A DNA stretch of 63,072 nt, counting the filler, from Hausera hauseri (lineage: Eukaryota): NCBI GenBank assembly GCA_046269625.1. It is 12 parts of 12 records of this genome, joined end to end, with 100 filler letters (N's around TTAATTAATTAA, not from the genome) between each part and the next. Parts side by side here need not be neighbours in the genome. Positions count along the whole stretch, not along the records: positions 51,369 to 57,788 come from JBJURY010102432.1; positions 57,889 to 63,072 come from JBJURY010314052.1; 10 more parts are not named here. One strand, given 5' to 3'. The stretch's first letter is position 1, and each line of letters starts with the position of its first letter. Position numbers and translations under genes: made by a program. Positions 51,269 through 63,072 of this stretch are shown here, one piece after another. The notes below the pieces were generated by a model. The model was given only the letters and a program-made list of their open reading frames with translations. It did no database searches and was not told where the DNA came from.

Positions 51269-51368
51269 NNNNNNNNNNNNNNNNNNNNNNNNNNNNNNNN
51301 NNNNNNNNNNNNTTAATTAATTAANNNNNNNNNNNNNNNNNNNNNNNNNNNNNNNNNNNNNNNNNNNN

Positions 51369-52167
51369 GGCAGCACAGAATATCAGGAAACCCGTACCAA
51401 GAATCAACACGACCAAACGCAGCCAACAAGTGTTATTCTTTATAATATATTCGATGATCCCAATTCATCTCCTGCGTTAACGGAAACACGAAAATCCAGC
51501 ACATCATCTCTACTTGACCAGATACAATTATCCCAAAATCTTGTTTATACAATAATTGATTTCAGTTCTCCGGCAAGGTTGATTTCACTCTTTTGTCTAG
51601 CTCTGTCTCCGGATAATTTTGTGAATGTGATACGTATTCTGAGTAATTGGTTATCCGGTAGTTTCATTTCCTTATCTTTAAACAATAGCGATAGAAGACA
51701 GATCGAAGCTGCTATTTTTGAGAATGTAAAGAAAACGAATATGATAAAAGAATCGGTTATTATTGTTCGTAATTCGAGAAGAAATAATGCATATATTTTG
51801 TGTAAAAAATCTACCCCAGTTTTTGACGTTCGAACTGCACGGCCTTTTCTTTGCTATCTTCAATATTTATCAACTAATGCTCTTCTTTCTGATCGAGCAT
51901 CATCTGTTAAAATAATGAATGGCAAAAGTGATTATAGCGACCTAAAACGTTTTCGAAATCAAGGAATGGCTCCTCAAGTCGCAGATACTGTTATACTCTC
52001 ACCACAAGGACAGATCAAGTCACACGGTGCCCATGTCAATTTAACAGCATTCGGTCTCGGTGGAAATTGCTCAGCGCAGTCATTCTGTATCAAAATCACA
52101 AGGTCAATGATTGGTGATGATGAGGATACTGTCATGGCGTTCAGCAAAACCACCTTCCGACACAGAT
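51369..52167 (+). CDS. Unidentified coding exon (open from the contig edge)
   Basis: The frame of ORF 51579 is open back to the contig start; donor-like GTGAGA at 52168. Confidence 0.35.
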
Positions 52168-52309
52168 GGGTGAGATTTTTTTCACTAATTTGCGCCCACC
52201 AGTGCGGCCATTTTTTGGACATGCATACATCCTTACCAGCTAACATCGATTTTAATTTTAAAAGGTTTCTAAGCTCGAAGACTAAATATTATTTTATCAC
52301 ATTTGGTAT

Positions 52310-55300
52310 TTGGCACTACTTCCGCGGCTATACGCCTAACCTTCTCAACCGAAAAGGAAGTCGACCAACCCGCCTGTACATTTCACCGCTCCTTAGGGAT
52401 CGCTTCACTGCAATTTTCTTTCCTGATCTTCAACAATAATCAACACAACCATAAAAGCTGCACTCCACGATACAGCACAGTTCTTATATGACGCCTTGTC
52501 CTCATCATACAGCACTGATTTCTATTTTACACATCGAGGTATAAATGTACATTCTGTCGACTCACTCCAGTCTTTCGTCTGCCGTGAACGTCCAATCATC
52601 CATCTTATGCTCCATTTTCGCCTTCGTGGTAGATCGGATCCAAATCCATCTTTCTCGGATGATAAATCCACGAATACAGGCAATGTCTACCGTTTGCAAC
52701 ACTCCCACCAATCACGAGCTTCCTTAAATTTGCCTTGTGTGGCATGTTTCCTCGACAAAAACCTCTCCAGCAAACCATGGCTCCAAATCCACCAACAGTG
52801 GCTAAAATCGAACAATATAACTGATTCTTTTGTGCGAGCCAATAGTCTTTTAATCCTTCTGCCTGCCAGCGTCAAGCAGCAGATTAGTAATATATCCGAA
52901 CTGCTACAATCCTCGACACTTTACGAGACACTCTGTGAAGCTGTACTGTATGTCACGGATCCTTCGATTAACAATATAATAAAAAAGTATTTTAACGACC
53001 ACGCGGTAGGATATCAAAAGCTATCCGATTTTCTCGAAACGGCCATTCTGCAGCTCAGTGTTCTAGGGGTGACACTTACGAATAACGCGGATTTAATTCT
53101 CCGTTATTTCTTATCATCTTTGCCCACCTCAATCACAGCCTTGCTCACCGTTGTCGATGAGTTTACTGCTATCGAAAAACTGGCAATAATGGCTGACAAA
53201 TCCTTTGAGATTCTTCATACCAACAGTTCTCTCTCTATTGCGGCTGCAACCACATGTGCTTCAACTACAGACACAACATTTTTACTCAACAGTTGCAAAT
53301 GATGCAGCAACAGTTTGACAAGTTACAGCAGTCGATTTCGGCCATTACTACCCAACTAAATAATCTTAATGGGCTTTGACGAAGTGAACCCAGACCTTCA
53401 ATGGAGAGAAGCATTTCCAGACACTCTGCTCGATCCATTTCACCTGGCGGACGCATGACTTGCTTCTATCATACGCGATTTTAAAGGGATGCTAGGAAAT
53501 GCTTTTTGGGTTGTCGGTTCTACATCGAACGGTACGCTGTGGACAACCCTATTTGTGTCTACCACAATAAGTTCCAGTCACAGGCTAGATCATGCGTGTG
53601 TGGTTGTAGAAATTACAATGATAAATATCCTCGCTTTTCTTTCTCTTCTTTCTTTTTTCCAAAACCTTCAAAAAACTAATAATGCGGCCAGATTTTACGG
53701 CTCATTCTGGCGCAGGCAATATCGCTCAATATTCTGGCCGTTTCAACATCGCCTCTGCAGTCTTCCTGTTGAAAGCTGCACTTTTATGCATAGATACTTC
53801 ACATATCGACTTCCTTATAGACTCAGGAGCTGCCTTTTCACTCCTGCCCTTGCCCTTCGTTCCTACATCGACTATAATTTCCTGTCCACCGCTTTTCATT
53901 GCCAGTGGCCAACCGTTGCACGTTGCAGGAAACATGGAATTGACTTTTACATTTGCCAACTTGCCAGACAAGTTTGTCTAGAAGTTCCACGTGGCCAATA
54001 TTAAATCTCCCATAATAGGCTCATATTTTCTTGCCGCACATGATCTATTGGTCGATTGCAAATACGGCTGTCTTTTAAGCAGGAACCCAATCGCAATTCC
54101 AAACATGTGTCGCGCAGGCAATCTAGCGAGCAATTCATTGCACTCATCTGTAAACATGTTGAACGCTTCGTCATCTATAAAAAAACTTCCGATAAAGTCG
54201 GTATTCCTACAATTATGAATGCCAATCATAAATCTATTCTAAAACAAAAATCCAAGTTAGGTGTCGACAGTGGCGATGCCAGCCGCTTTTCGTCAATCAC
54301 TGCCGCTGTTCTTTCTAATGATATGCCTCAATCATTCTTATCTCTAGATTTCGATCTTAAATCATACGTCACAATGTCTTGCTTTCGCATAGTTAAAAGG
54401 GACGTCAACTTTAAGCCTCCATCCACAACTTATCACCATATAGTAACAGGGCATCAGAGGCCGATCAAACAAAAGGTTAGACATATATCGCCACGTAGAC
54501 GTAAAGCTGTGGAACAGGAATTTAATGAACTGGAAAGCTCTGGTATCATTCGGAGATCGAATTCACCGTGGTATTCTCCTCTTCATATAGTAGAAGAAAA
54601 GATGGTACCTACAGGCCATGTAGAGATTATCGCCAATTAAACAACCTAACTATTGCAGATGCCTCTGCACTACCACTCATTAAGGATATTCTTCATAGCC
54701 TCAATAACACCAATACCTACTCTACCATTGATTTTAAAAGGCCTACCATCAAATTCCTGTTGCATCTGACGACATTCCAAAAACTGTTGTAATCACACTA
54801 TTTGGCCTTTATGAATACATCTTCATGCCTTTCGGCCTACTCAGAGCATCTCAGACCTTTAAGCGCCACATTGACACCATTCTGTCAGGACTAGATTTTG
54901 CTCACTCATACATAGACAACATATTAGTCGCTTTCGCCTCCATCAAACAACATCATAAGCACCTTAAAATTATTTTCCACAGATTACATCAAAGCAACCT
55001 ACAAACTAATTTCTCTAAATGCAATTTCTTCCAGAAAAGCATCAACTTCTTAGGCCACATAATTACGCCCAAGGTCATTCGCCCCAGCCTGATCGCTTAC
55101 AACAGTAAAAAATGTTATATTACCAACGACTACTATGGACATGAGGAGTTTTCTAGGGGCACTGCATTTCGTACACAAATATGTGCAACACTGCTCCGAA
55201 CTAACGGCACCTTTCGCACACCTCTCATCCGGGAAGAAAAGACAATTAATTCACTGGACTCCCGATCTAGTAAATCAATTTGATCGCCTTCGTGAAAGTC

Positions 55301-57788
55301 TAAAAGCCGTTGAGATCTTGGCTTTTCCAAAACCCAACGCGGAATTCATACTAACCACCGATGCCTCCACCACAGCCACTGGTGCAATATTACACCAAAT
55401 ATACAGTGGTGTCGATGAACCATTAGAATTCTATTCCCGAAAGCTCACGCAACCAGAAAGCCGATACTCAACATTCGATCGTGAACTTTTGGCTGTAATT
55501 CTAGCGTTAAAACATTTCAAGCATTTGCTTCCATCACGTCAATTTACCATCCAAACCGACCATAAGCCTCTACTTCACATAGTGACGTTAAAACAGCCAT
55601 CGCCGAGACAACAACGACAGATATCATATCTGTCGACGTTTACTTATTCCATGAAATATATTTCAGTCACCGAGAATTTAGTAGCAGACGTTCTTTCGCG
55701 GTCGGTGAACTCAATTACAGTTCAGCCAATTTTTACCTCTGAAGTCCTGAGAAGTAATCAGCCATCTTCTGATATTCTCCAAACTTTTAAATCGGTTGAG
55801 ATCGTCGATGGCATCGCCTACGACACATCCAACGCGACTAATAAAAAATCATTCTTGCTCCATTGCTACAAAAGACAGCTTTCACTCACTTTCACTCTCT
55901 TCATCATCCGGATTCAAAAGCCACATTTCGTCTACTGCAACGCCACGTTGTATGGCAAACTATGCGTACAGATGTACAAATCTGGGTTAAGGGATGTGCA
56001 GCATGCCAGCAATACAAGGTCAACAAACACCTCAAACCACAACTTTACCACTTTTCTTGCACATCTTGTTTTGACACTGTTCATTTGGATCTTGTCGGTC
56101 CTTTCCTATCCGATAAGGACTATCAATATATCTTATCCATGATGGATTGCGCTTCTCACTGGCCGGAAGTCGTTCCTCTTCGATCAACAAATACCGACTC
56201 GGTAGCAGATGCATTTATCAATATATAAGTCAGCCGTTTTGGCTCACCACGTCACATCATAACTGACCAGGGTCCGCAGTTTGAAGTTAATCTTTTCAAA
56301 TATCTTGTAAAGCACTTGGGGATAGCCCATTTCCATACGACGCCGTACCATCCCCAAGCAAATGGTTTTCCTTAAAAATTCTGGCAAACAACAATCATAA
56401 CTGGACCTCAATTCTTCCTCTTGGCCTACTCGCTTGGCGCAACACGCCATTCACGACCATAGGTTGTGCTCCAGCTGAGGCTCTCTTTGGGACACTAATT
56501 CATGCCCTATTTGAGCTCTCCAATCTCGATGAAAGTCCGTCAGATGAAGTTATTCGTGCGGCACCGTCCCACTTTGTAGATGTAAACTCAAACGCCTTTT
56601 GCCGCCTTATAAATAAAGACAAATCTTATATTCCAGAGGACTTATACTCAGCCAAGTTTGTATGGCTGAAGGATCCGTCACCTTCTGGTTTTCGGCCTCA
56701 AAACATTGGCCTTTACAAACTACTCAACCTTTCTTCGCATACCGCTACTATTTTACGTAAGGACAAACCTTAAAATGTACACATTTCTAACCTTAAGCCA
56801 GCTTTCTTCGTTGACGATGACTAGGATGACAGCATTGTTTCAAATCCCAACTCTAAATTCTCTACCCTCCAGCCATCATCTAATTTTCTTGCTGTTTTTG
56901 ATCCGTCATAGCAATCGCTATCACATCACAAGAAATTCGTTTCACTTCCTTCATCGTACACGGCTCTTTCATCACCTACTTAGCCGTCATTGCCTGCACA
57001 TTCACCAATCACTTCACCTTTATCGCATGATTTGCTTCCATCTCCAGTCTCGCCATCTTCGCGTGATCCTTTTCCCTCCTCAGTTTCTTCTCCACTTTCA
57101 CCTCTTCATGAATCATTCTCCCAAAACATTATAAAATGCACAGCGTTTCTACCTCAAACAATTCCACAAGCACCAGTAACATCCAACAGATCACGCCAAG
57201 TGACATTTAGTACTTACAGCAGGGAGAAGTTTATACATGTAATCCAACGTCTAACACGTACCAGAACCGATTAGGTACAAGTTCTTTTTCCTACTATAAT
57301 CTGCGCTTATTTATTCTCTTTATAGTCTTCATCTTCCCACGGGGGAAGGGTGATGTAGTGCCTGAAGTGTGGGTTAACGAATCGGTGAATACACCAAAAT
57401 GCTAGTCAATCTATTACTACAAATTTCAAATAGATACAAACGGGCCTGGAATTGTTAATTTCTCAAACCAGTGTCAGATTTGTCGTGCGATACACGCTCG
57501 TTCAAAATGTCAAAAGTGAAACTAATTTAAGGATTATATGTAACCATAAACACCGAATAATATTGCTAATTAATACACCAATGAATTCGTAAGTCTCATC
57601 GAATTATTGTCACAAGCCCTGACAACATGAATTCGTAAAAGTTCGTGACCTGAAATACAGCAGTCATCCATCTCCAGATTTTCTTATTCATTAAGGCAGA
57701 AGAGCAGAGAATTCTTCAACAGAGGTCCATTAAAAATGAAAATACAGCAGTGTCTCTAATGACGAAACGGTAAACGATACTCTTCTGA
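52310..57788 (+). mobile_element. Ty3/gypsy element (same lineage as 39569-44626), disrupted; 3' LTR starts at 57354
   Basis: Gag SKPWLQIHQQWL and CFYHTRF, protease FLIDSGA, RT YIDNI, RNase H TTDAST and integrase [23 protein letters not shown] precedes TGTAGTGCC. Confidence 0.92.
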
Positions 57789-57888
57789 NNNNNNNNNNNN
57801 NNNNNNNNNNNNNNNNNNNNNNNNNNNNNNNNTTAATTAATTAANNNNNNNNNNNNNNNNNNNNNNNNNNNNNNNNNNNNNNNNNNNN

Positions 57889-60800
57889 AGAATGGGAATA
57901 AGTAAAAGCTAATTAGAGAACAAACATTGATAGGTTTAACTCAAATCAAAATTTATTAGTAAACGGCGTAGAGAAACATAATCAAAGAAAAACTCGAAAT
58001 AAACTTTATATAGAAGACAAATTAATCGATAAGCATTGTTTATCTGACAGTGAACTAACCTCCGATAAAGAATTTAAAGCTTTTCCTAGGATTAAAGTAG
58101 ACAAACCGAATAAAATAAAGATGGCAACAGAGAACCCAGCTGTAGCTCAAAAACTTGACATATTTACGTTTGATTCCTTGAACTTTCCGGCCTATGATGG
58201 TGACCCAGACGGGCTAAATGACTTTTTACGAACTTATAAATTACACGCAAAAGGTGCCAGCCTTTCGCTCGAAGTTATGATTAAGCGATCGTCCTTATAC
58301 TTGAAAAATCTAGCTGTAGACGCTTATGGTGAACTTACTAATGATGAAAAGAAAGCATTGTCTTAGGTAGTAGGAGCCCTAAATCGTGAACTATTGCCAA
58401 TAGTGACGCTTCAACAAAAACTTATGGTCTTCCAGAATAGAACGGAACAAAAAGGTAAGTCGGTTACTCAATTCGAATTCGCATTTAAGAAACTTGCTAA
58501 TAGTTACGTGAACACGCTAAAGATAGCTAATGTGGCAAAAACAAAAACGGACGCAGAACGTGAACAGCAGAAAAGGCAAGTCCGCGGATTTAGATGTCAT
58601 GATGACAATTCAGTTAATATATGGCACATGGTCCAGAGATTTAGTTAAGCAACTAATTTTAGCTCGACCAGACAATTTCAAGACCTCATTACAGTTAGCA
58701 CAAAACCTAGAGATGGCATTAAATAGATACGCTAGACAGAGCGATAGACATAATCGAAACAATGATCGCGATAACCGCGATAGAAATCGAAACAATAGAA
58801 GATTTAATGATAATAATAAGAATCGAGGTTATAAGAATGGAGCTCAGAATACCATTAGCCGCCACTTGGGATACGATAATAGGAACATTGGTGATAATTG
58901 GAATTCATATAATTCGTATAACAAAACAGGATATATTTCAGTTAGAAATCAAAATAATGACCAAAGTAATAAAAACCGGTATATGGATAATCGGAGTTTT
59001 GAAAATAGAAATAACGGAATCGAAAAGCAGGCTCAAAATAAGACAAAAGGTAGAACCAAATGGTCAGTAAATGAAGATGGACGACAAAAGATCGGCCGAG
59101 ACGGAAACCTGATTTGCTATTCATGTGGCAAGGAGGGACATATAGTTCGATCATGCCCTAATCCACGAAGTGTATCATTTGAAGAAACCAGTAAAGCTAG
59201 CACGATAAAAGATAATTTAGAAGGAATTTATGGAATCGAGGCGATATAAGTATGATTATCGAGATGCAGGATTTGCGAAGATATGTGAAAAATATGGTCG
59301 AATCCAATAATCCACAAGTAATCAAGGCCAGGAAAGAGTACGAAGAAAAGCTGCATCAAATGGAAGTTTATTACGGGTTAAGAGAACCAAAAACGGAATA
59401 CGAAAAAGCGATAGCACCTAAGTATACATACATTGCCCGAAAGAAAAATCTAGATCAAGCGGCAAGAGAAGAGAAAGAAGAAAAACCAACTGCGTCTTCA
59501 AGCGTAGACTTGGATGCAGATACCAAAGACACACATCAAAATAAAGATAAAACAGAAGAATAGATTGAGAGTGAATTTATTGGGCCATTAATACTTGAAA
59601 TAACCAAAAATAGAGGCAGAAGCCCCTCACTTAAATGAAGATCACGAACTCGTTCACGATCCCCAATTACAAAGGACTTAGATAAAGAGGAAGATTTCGT
59701 TATTACCTTAAGAGACAAAACAGAGTTAAATACTCCTGTTTTAACAAATATTTCAAATATCAATAAAATTAATTAAATATGTCCATTACTGCCTAGTGAG
59801 GAGGAATCAGAAAAAAAGACTATCGGGTTTGGGAAAATCAGAAAATATTGGAAAAACGCAAAGGAACTAAGTGAAATAAAAGAGGCGCTGAATGATCCGG
59901 AAAGGTTACACGAAAATCTCCAGAAATTCCAACAGATGAGCAATCAGTTAGATATTTCCGGAAAGAAACAACAATCCATAGAAAAATTATAAAAAAATTA
60001 AAGCCAGTGCTCAACAGAAGGAAGAAAACACAAATGATAAATTCCAAGAGACGCCGAAATATGTGATAAAAAGATGGAAAATATACTAGAGTTGTGGATG
60101 AAGAGTGAAATCGAACTTTCGAAAATACGTGGAAATAGAGAGGAGCCGCTCTCCGACCAGATTAATCAAACAGAAGAACTACTAAATGCACTAAAACAAA
60201 ACCCAAAGCGGAAACGCGTAAGACGCAACTTAGAAGAATTGGTAGATGGAATCGAAGAATCAATAAATTCTTATCTTCACACTAAGCCGGCGTATGAACT
60301 AAACGAAGTAGAATTGAATATATTGAGCATAAACCCAACCGATATCCCCCTTCTGATAGCGATGTGTAACTTAATAACGGAGAACTCCAGAAAATACCCA
60401 AATTTAGAAATCCGATTTGGAAAAGAAAATGAAGCCCGAACCAAAATTAACTATTGTAAAAGTGCTATGGTTCACTCTGAAGAAGTAAAAACAAAAAGAA
60501 TAATATACGCTTGTCTTCTTGAATTAGACAAGTATAAAGAAGAATTTAACTATATGAAACATATTACAGAATTTATAATAGGTCCGGATTACGAACTAAA
60601 TACGGTCTTGCGACGCTAAACGAAATAATCGACACTAAACCCACAATATCCAAACAAATATGGAAGTGGATAGACTTATTACCTTCCATAACACAAGTGA
60701 TAAATGGAAGATTAAGAGAAATCGCTATGACGGAACCTATAATGAAATACCAATTAGAAGAAATGCTACTAGATATCGTTACAATGGAAGATGAAGCGAA

Positions 60801-63072
60801 ATTGCGAATTAAATTTGAATCATTCAGAGAACTTGAATTTATGAGCAAAGATCAAGACCGAACAATATTAACAGATATATATAGTATGATGGAAGGAAAA
60901 AAATTTTACAAAAAAGAAACAAGCTAAGTGATCTTTAGCGGATTTTGGTGAACATCCGTTGGGAAGGGATACAGCACCTAATGCAGAAACCGCTGAAGGA
61001 AATCTCAGTACAGGAAATCGAAACATTAGAAGTATGTAACGATCACCGGATCCCTCTAGCGCAAACACTACAATACTTACAGAATCCAGCAGAATGGACA
61101 CCAGGCTTCGACCTACATTGCTACACGGAACTAACAGATATTAGGAAGGTTTTTCAGTTGACAAGCGACGAAGCCAAGTTTATAGGCAGGTTAATAGATG
61201 CAATAGATCCGGATGCCGAAGTATTAAATCAAACACTAACTAATAGAACTATTAACAGAAATGGCTGAGATTGATGAAACATTAGCCAAACGGTTGATAA
61301 ATCGAATACGTCTGAAAGGAAATCCGGATACGTTCCGAGAAGAAACAACGCGAACTAAATGAACTACTAAGAGAAGTAGAAGTATACCAAAATAAGTATA
61401 CCCTTACGGAATCGGAAATGAACGACAAAATGAAATTCATACAGAGATGGCAGAGAGACAGAATAGCAGAGGTGACCAGCTACCAAGAGAAAGTCCTGAT
61501 ACAACCAGAAGAAATGTGCCGAATAATAACATTGATACAACAAGCTTTCGGGAACGGAGACGGATTTAGTGTATCCGTTATGAAAATATTGCAACCGCAA
61601 CTAAGAGAACTACGCGAAAGAGTCCAAGTAGGACACGTGGCATTAACGAATTACGAGTTACCCGACGCGTATAACGAGGATGAGTGGGATGAATACCTGC
61701 AAGGTTGAAACGAACAGAGTGAAAGAACCCCGATACAAATTTATTAGTCACCAGTCGGTATCCAGAAAACGAAATTTCATTACTTGACCCGATACTAGCA
61801 TAAAAAGAATTAGGTAACGTACTGAAAATAGACATAAGTAAAGACAGATTAAAAAAACTGATTCCAACCTTAACTAAGTTTTCTAGTGAAAACACTGCAC
61901 ACAGAGCCGTTCCCAAGCTCCTAATAAGAGAATACGCTAAACTTTTGAGAAACAAACCAGAAGCGGAGATTAAAGTGAAAGTATCATCTAAATGGATGGA
62001 TGATGAGGAATTCGAGTGCACTACTCATACCACCTTTGGGATATAAGACAACGAATAATGGATAAAGGCGGCAAAGAAGGAGTTAGTTACCGGCTCTATT
62101 TCAGGGGTAGGATATTAGATGAATTAGAATCCTTAATGGACGTTGGTATCATACCTCGCGAAGAAAATCGAATAATAGCAATAATTGTTAACGAACAAAC
62201 AAAAGACAAAGCCATAAGGAAGGCACATACAGAACACTGCGTTGGAAAAATCATGGGGATTCAGGACGCTGCAATGTACTTTGAATACTTACAGACGGAT
62301 GACGATAAACCGCAATACGATAAGAGTTTAGTCCCACAAAGCGAAACTTTACCATCACTAAAACAGAAACGACCAGTCGGAAGACCAAAGAAAATAAAAT
62401 AAGTGGACTATAATGCAGACCTAAACAGAGAACTAAGACAACTATCAGTACCCACTCCGAGTTCAAATAATAAAGAACTAGTTTAGTTAATAAAAGATTT
62501 AATAAGGATAGTTAATTATACCGGATTACAAGGTGACATACTATCCGAGAAAGAAAAACTAATATATAATAGAGCACAGACCATGAAGACTTCGCGATTC
62601 AAGTTATCTAAATGTACCTTCTCTGATGAAACAGTAATTGATTGTATTATGATAGATAATAAAGCGGAGGAATTAAGGAAAGTCAAGACATATTTAGCGG
62701 TAAAAACTAACCCCTTCCGAGAAAACGAAATTGACAGGTCAATCGGGTTAAATAGAAAAGGTGCAAGAATGGTACCTAAAGAAATAAAATGGGCCACACT
62801 ATTCGAACAAGAGGATAACGGAAAAAGAACCAATAACTTAGAGGACATGGTACGAAACATCTCTTCAAGAAAAGGGAACGAATCCAATTGGTTAATCAAT
62901 CTACTAACAATAATGATGTTAGTAAAGCAGATGGGAGCTATCAACATATACGATTGTGACAAATTTAAGGTAGGTCAGAAGTACTGCCTGATGGGTTTAG
63001 GAATATGTGAAGATGCAAGACATAATAAGCTCGAGACAATAGAAAAAGGATATATATTATATCAACAAAGGG
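57889..63072 (+). mobile_element. Second, diverged copy of the pol-less Gag-ORFX(UBL, AT-hook)-glycoprotein element
   Basis: MATENPAVAQKLDIFTFDSLNFPAYDGDPDGL (58121), CYSCGKEGHIVRSC (59115-59156), RLYFRGRILDELESLMDVGI, KRPVGRPKK and WLINLLTIMMLVKQMGAINIYDCDKFK (62889 onward), colinear with 28896-33920. Confidence 0.88.

Overview
This is eukaryotic, AT-rich DNA with 41-50 nt GT-AG introns, probably from an invertebrate. It is not a contiguous locus: 12 unplaced contigs of about 4-7 kb are joined by artificial N44-TTAATTAATTAA-N44 linkers, so adjacency across a linker carries no meaning. Host genes are a TAF1B/Rrn7 fragment and an Ig-domain single-pass receptor-like gene. Most of the window is decayed mobile DNA: Tc1, DD37E, two mariners, Chapaev3, a hAT end, an RTE tail and several Ty3/gypsy pieces. 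Four things stand out. (1) Two divergent copies of an LTR element in which Gag runs, with no protease/RT/integrase, into about 1,200 aa of unknown sequence carrying a ubiquitin-like domain and an AT-hook, then a signal peptide and a chuvirus-like glycoprotein; in one copy a RING-like ORF end and a PPT precede the LTR. (2) An intact geminivirus/CRESS-like HUH-SF3 Rep gene with two predicted mini-introns, next to a ~180 bp palindrome and three regularly spaced palindromic repeats. (3) An intronless PARG catalytic domain followed by a coiled coil. (4) A gypsy pol followed by an env-like membrane ORF and a splice-acceptor-led extra ORF. All family calls come from motif recognition by eye; no database search was run.
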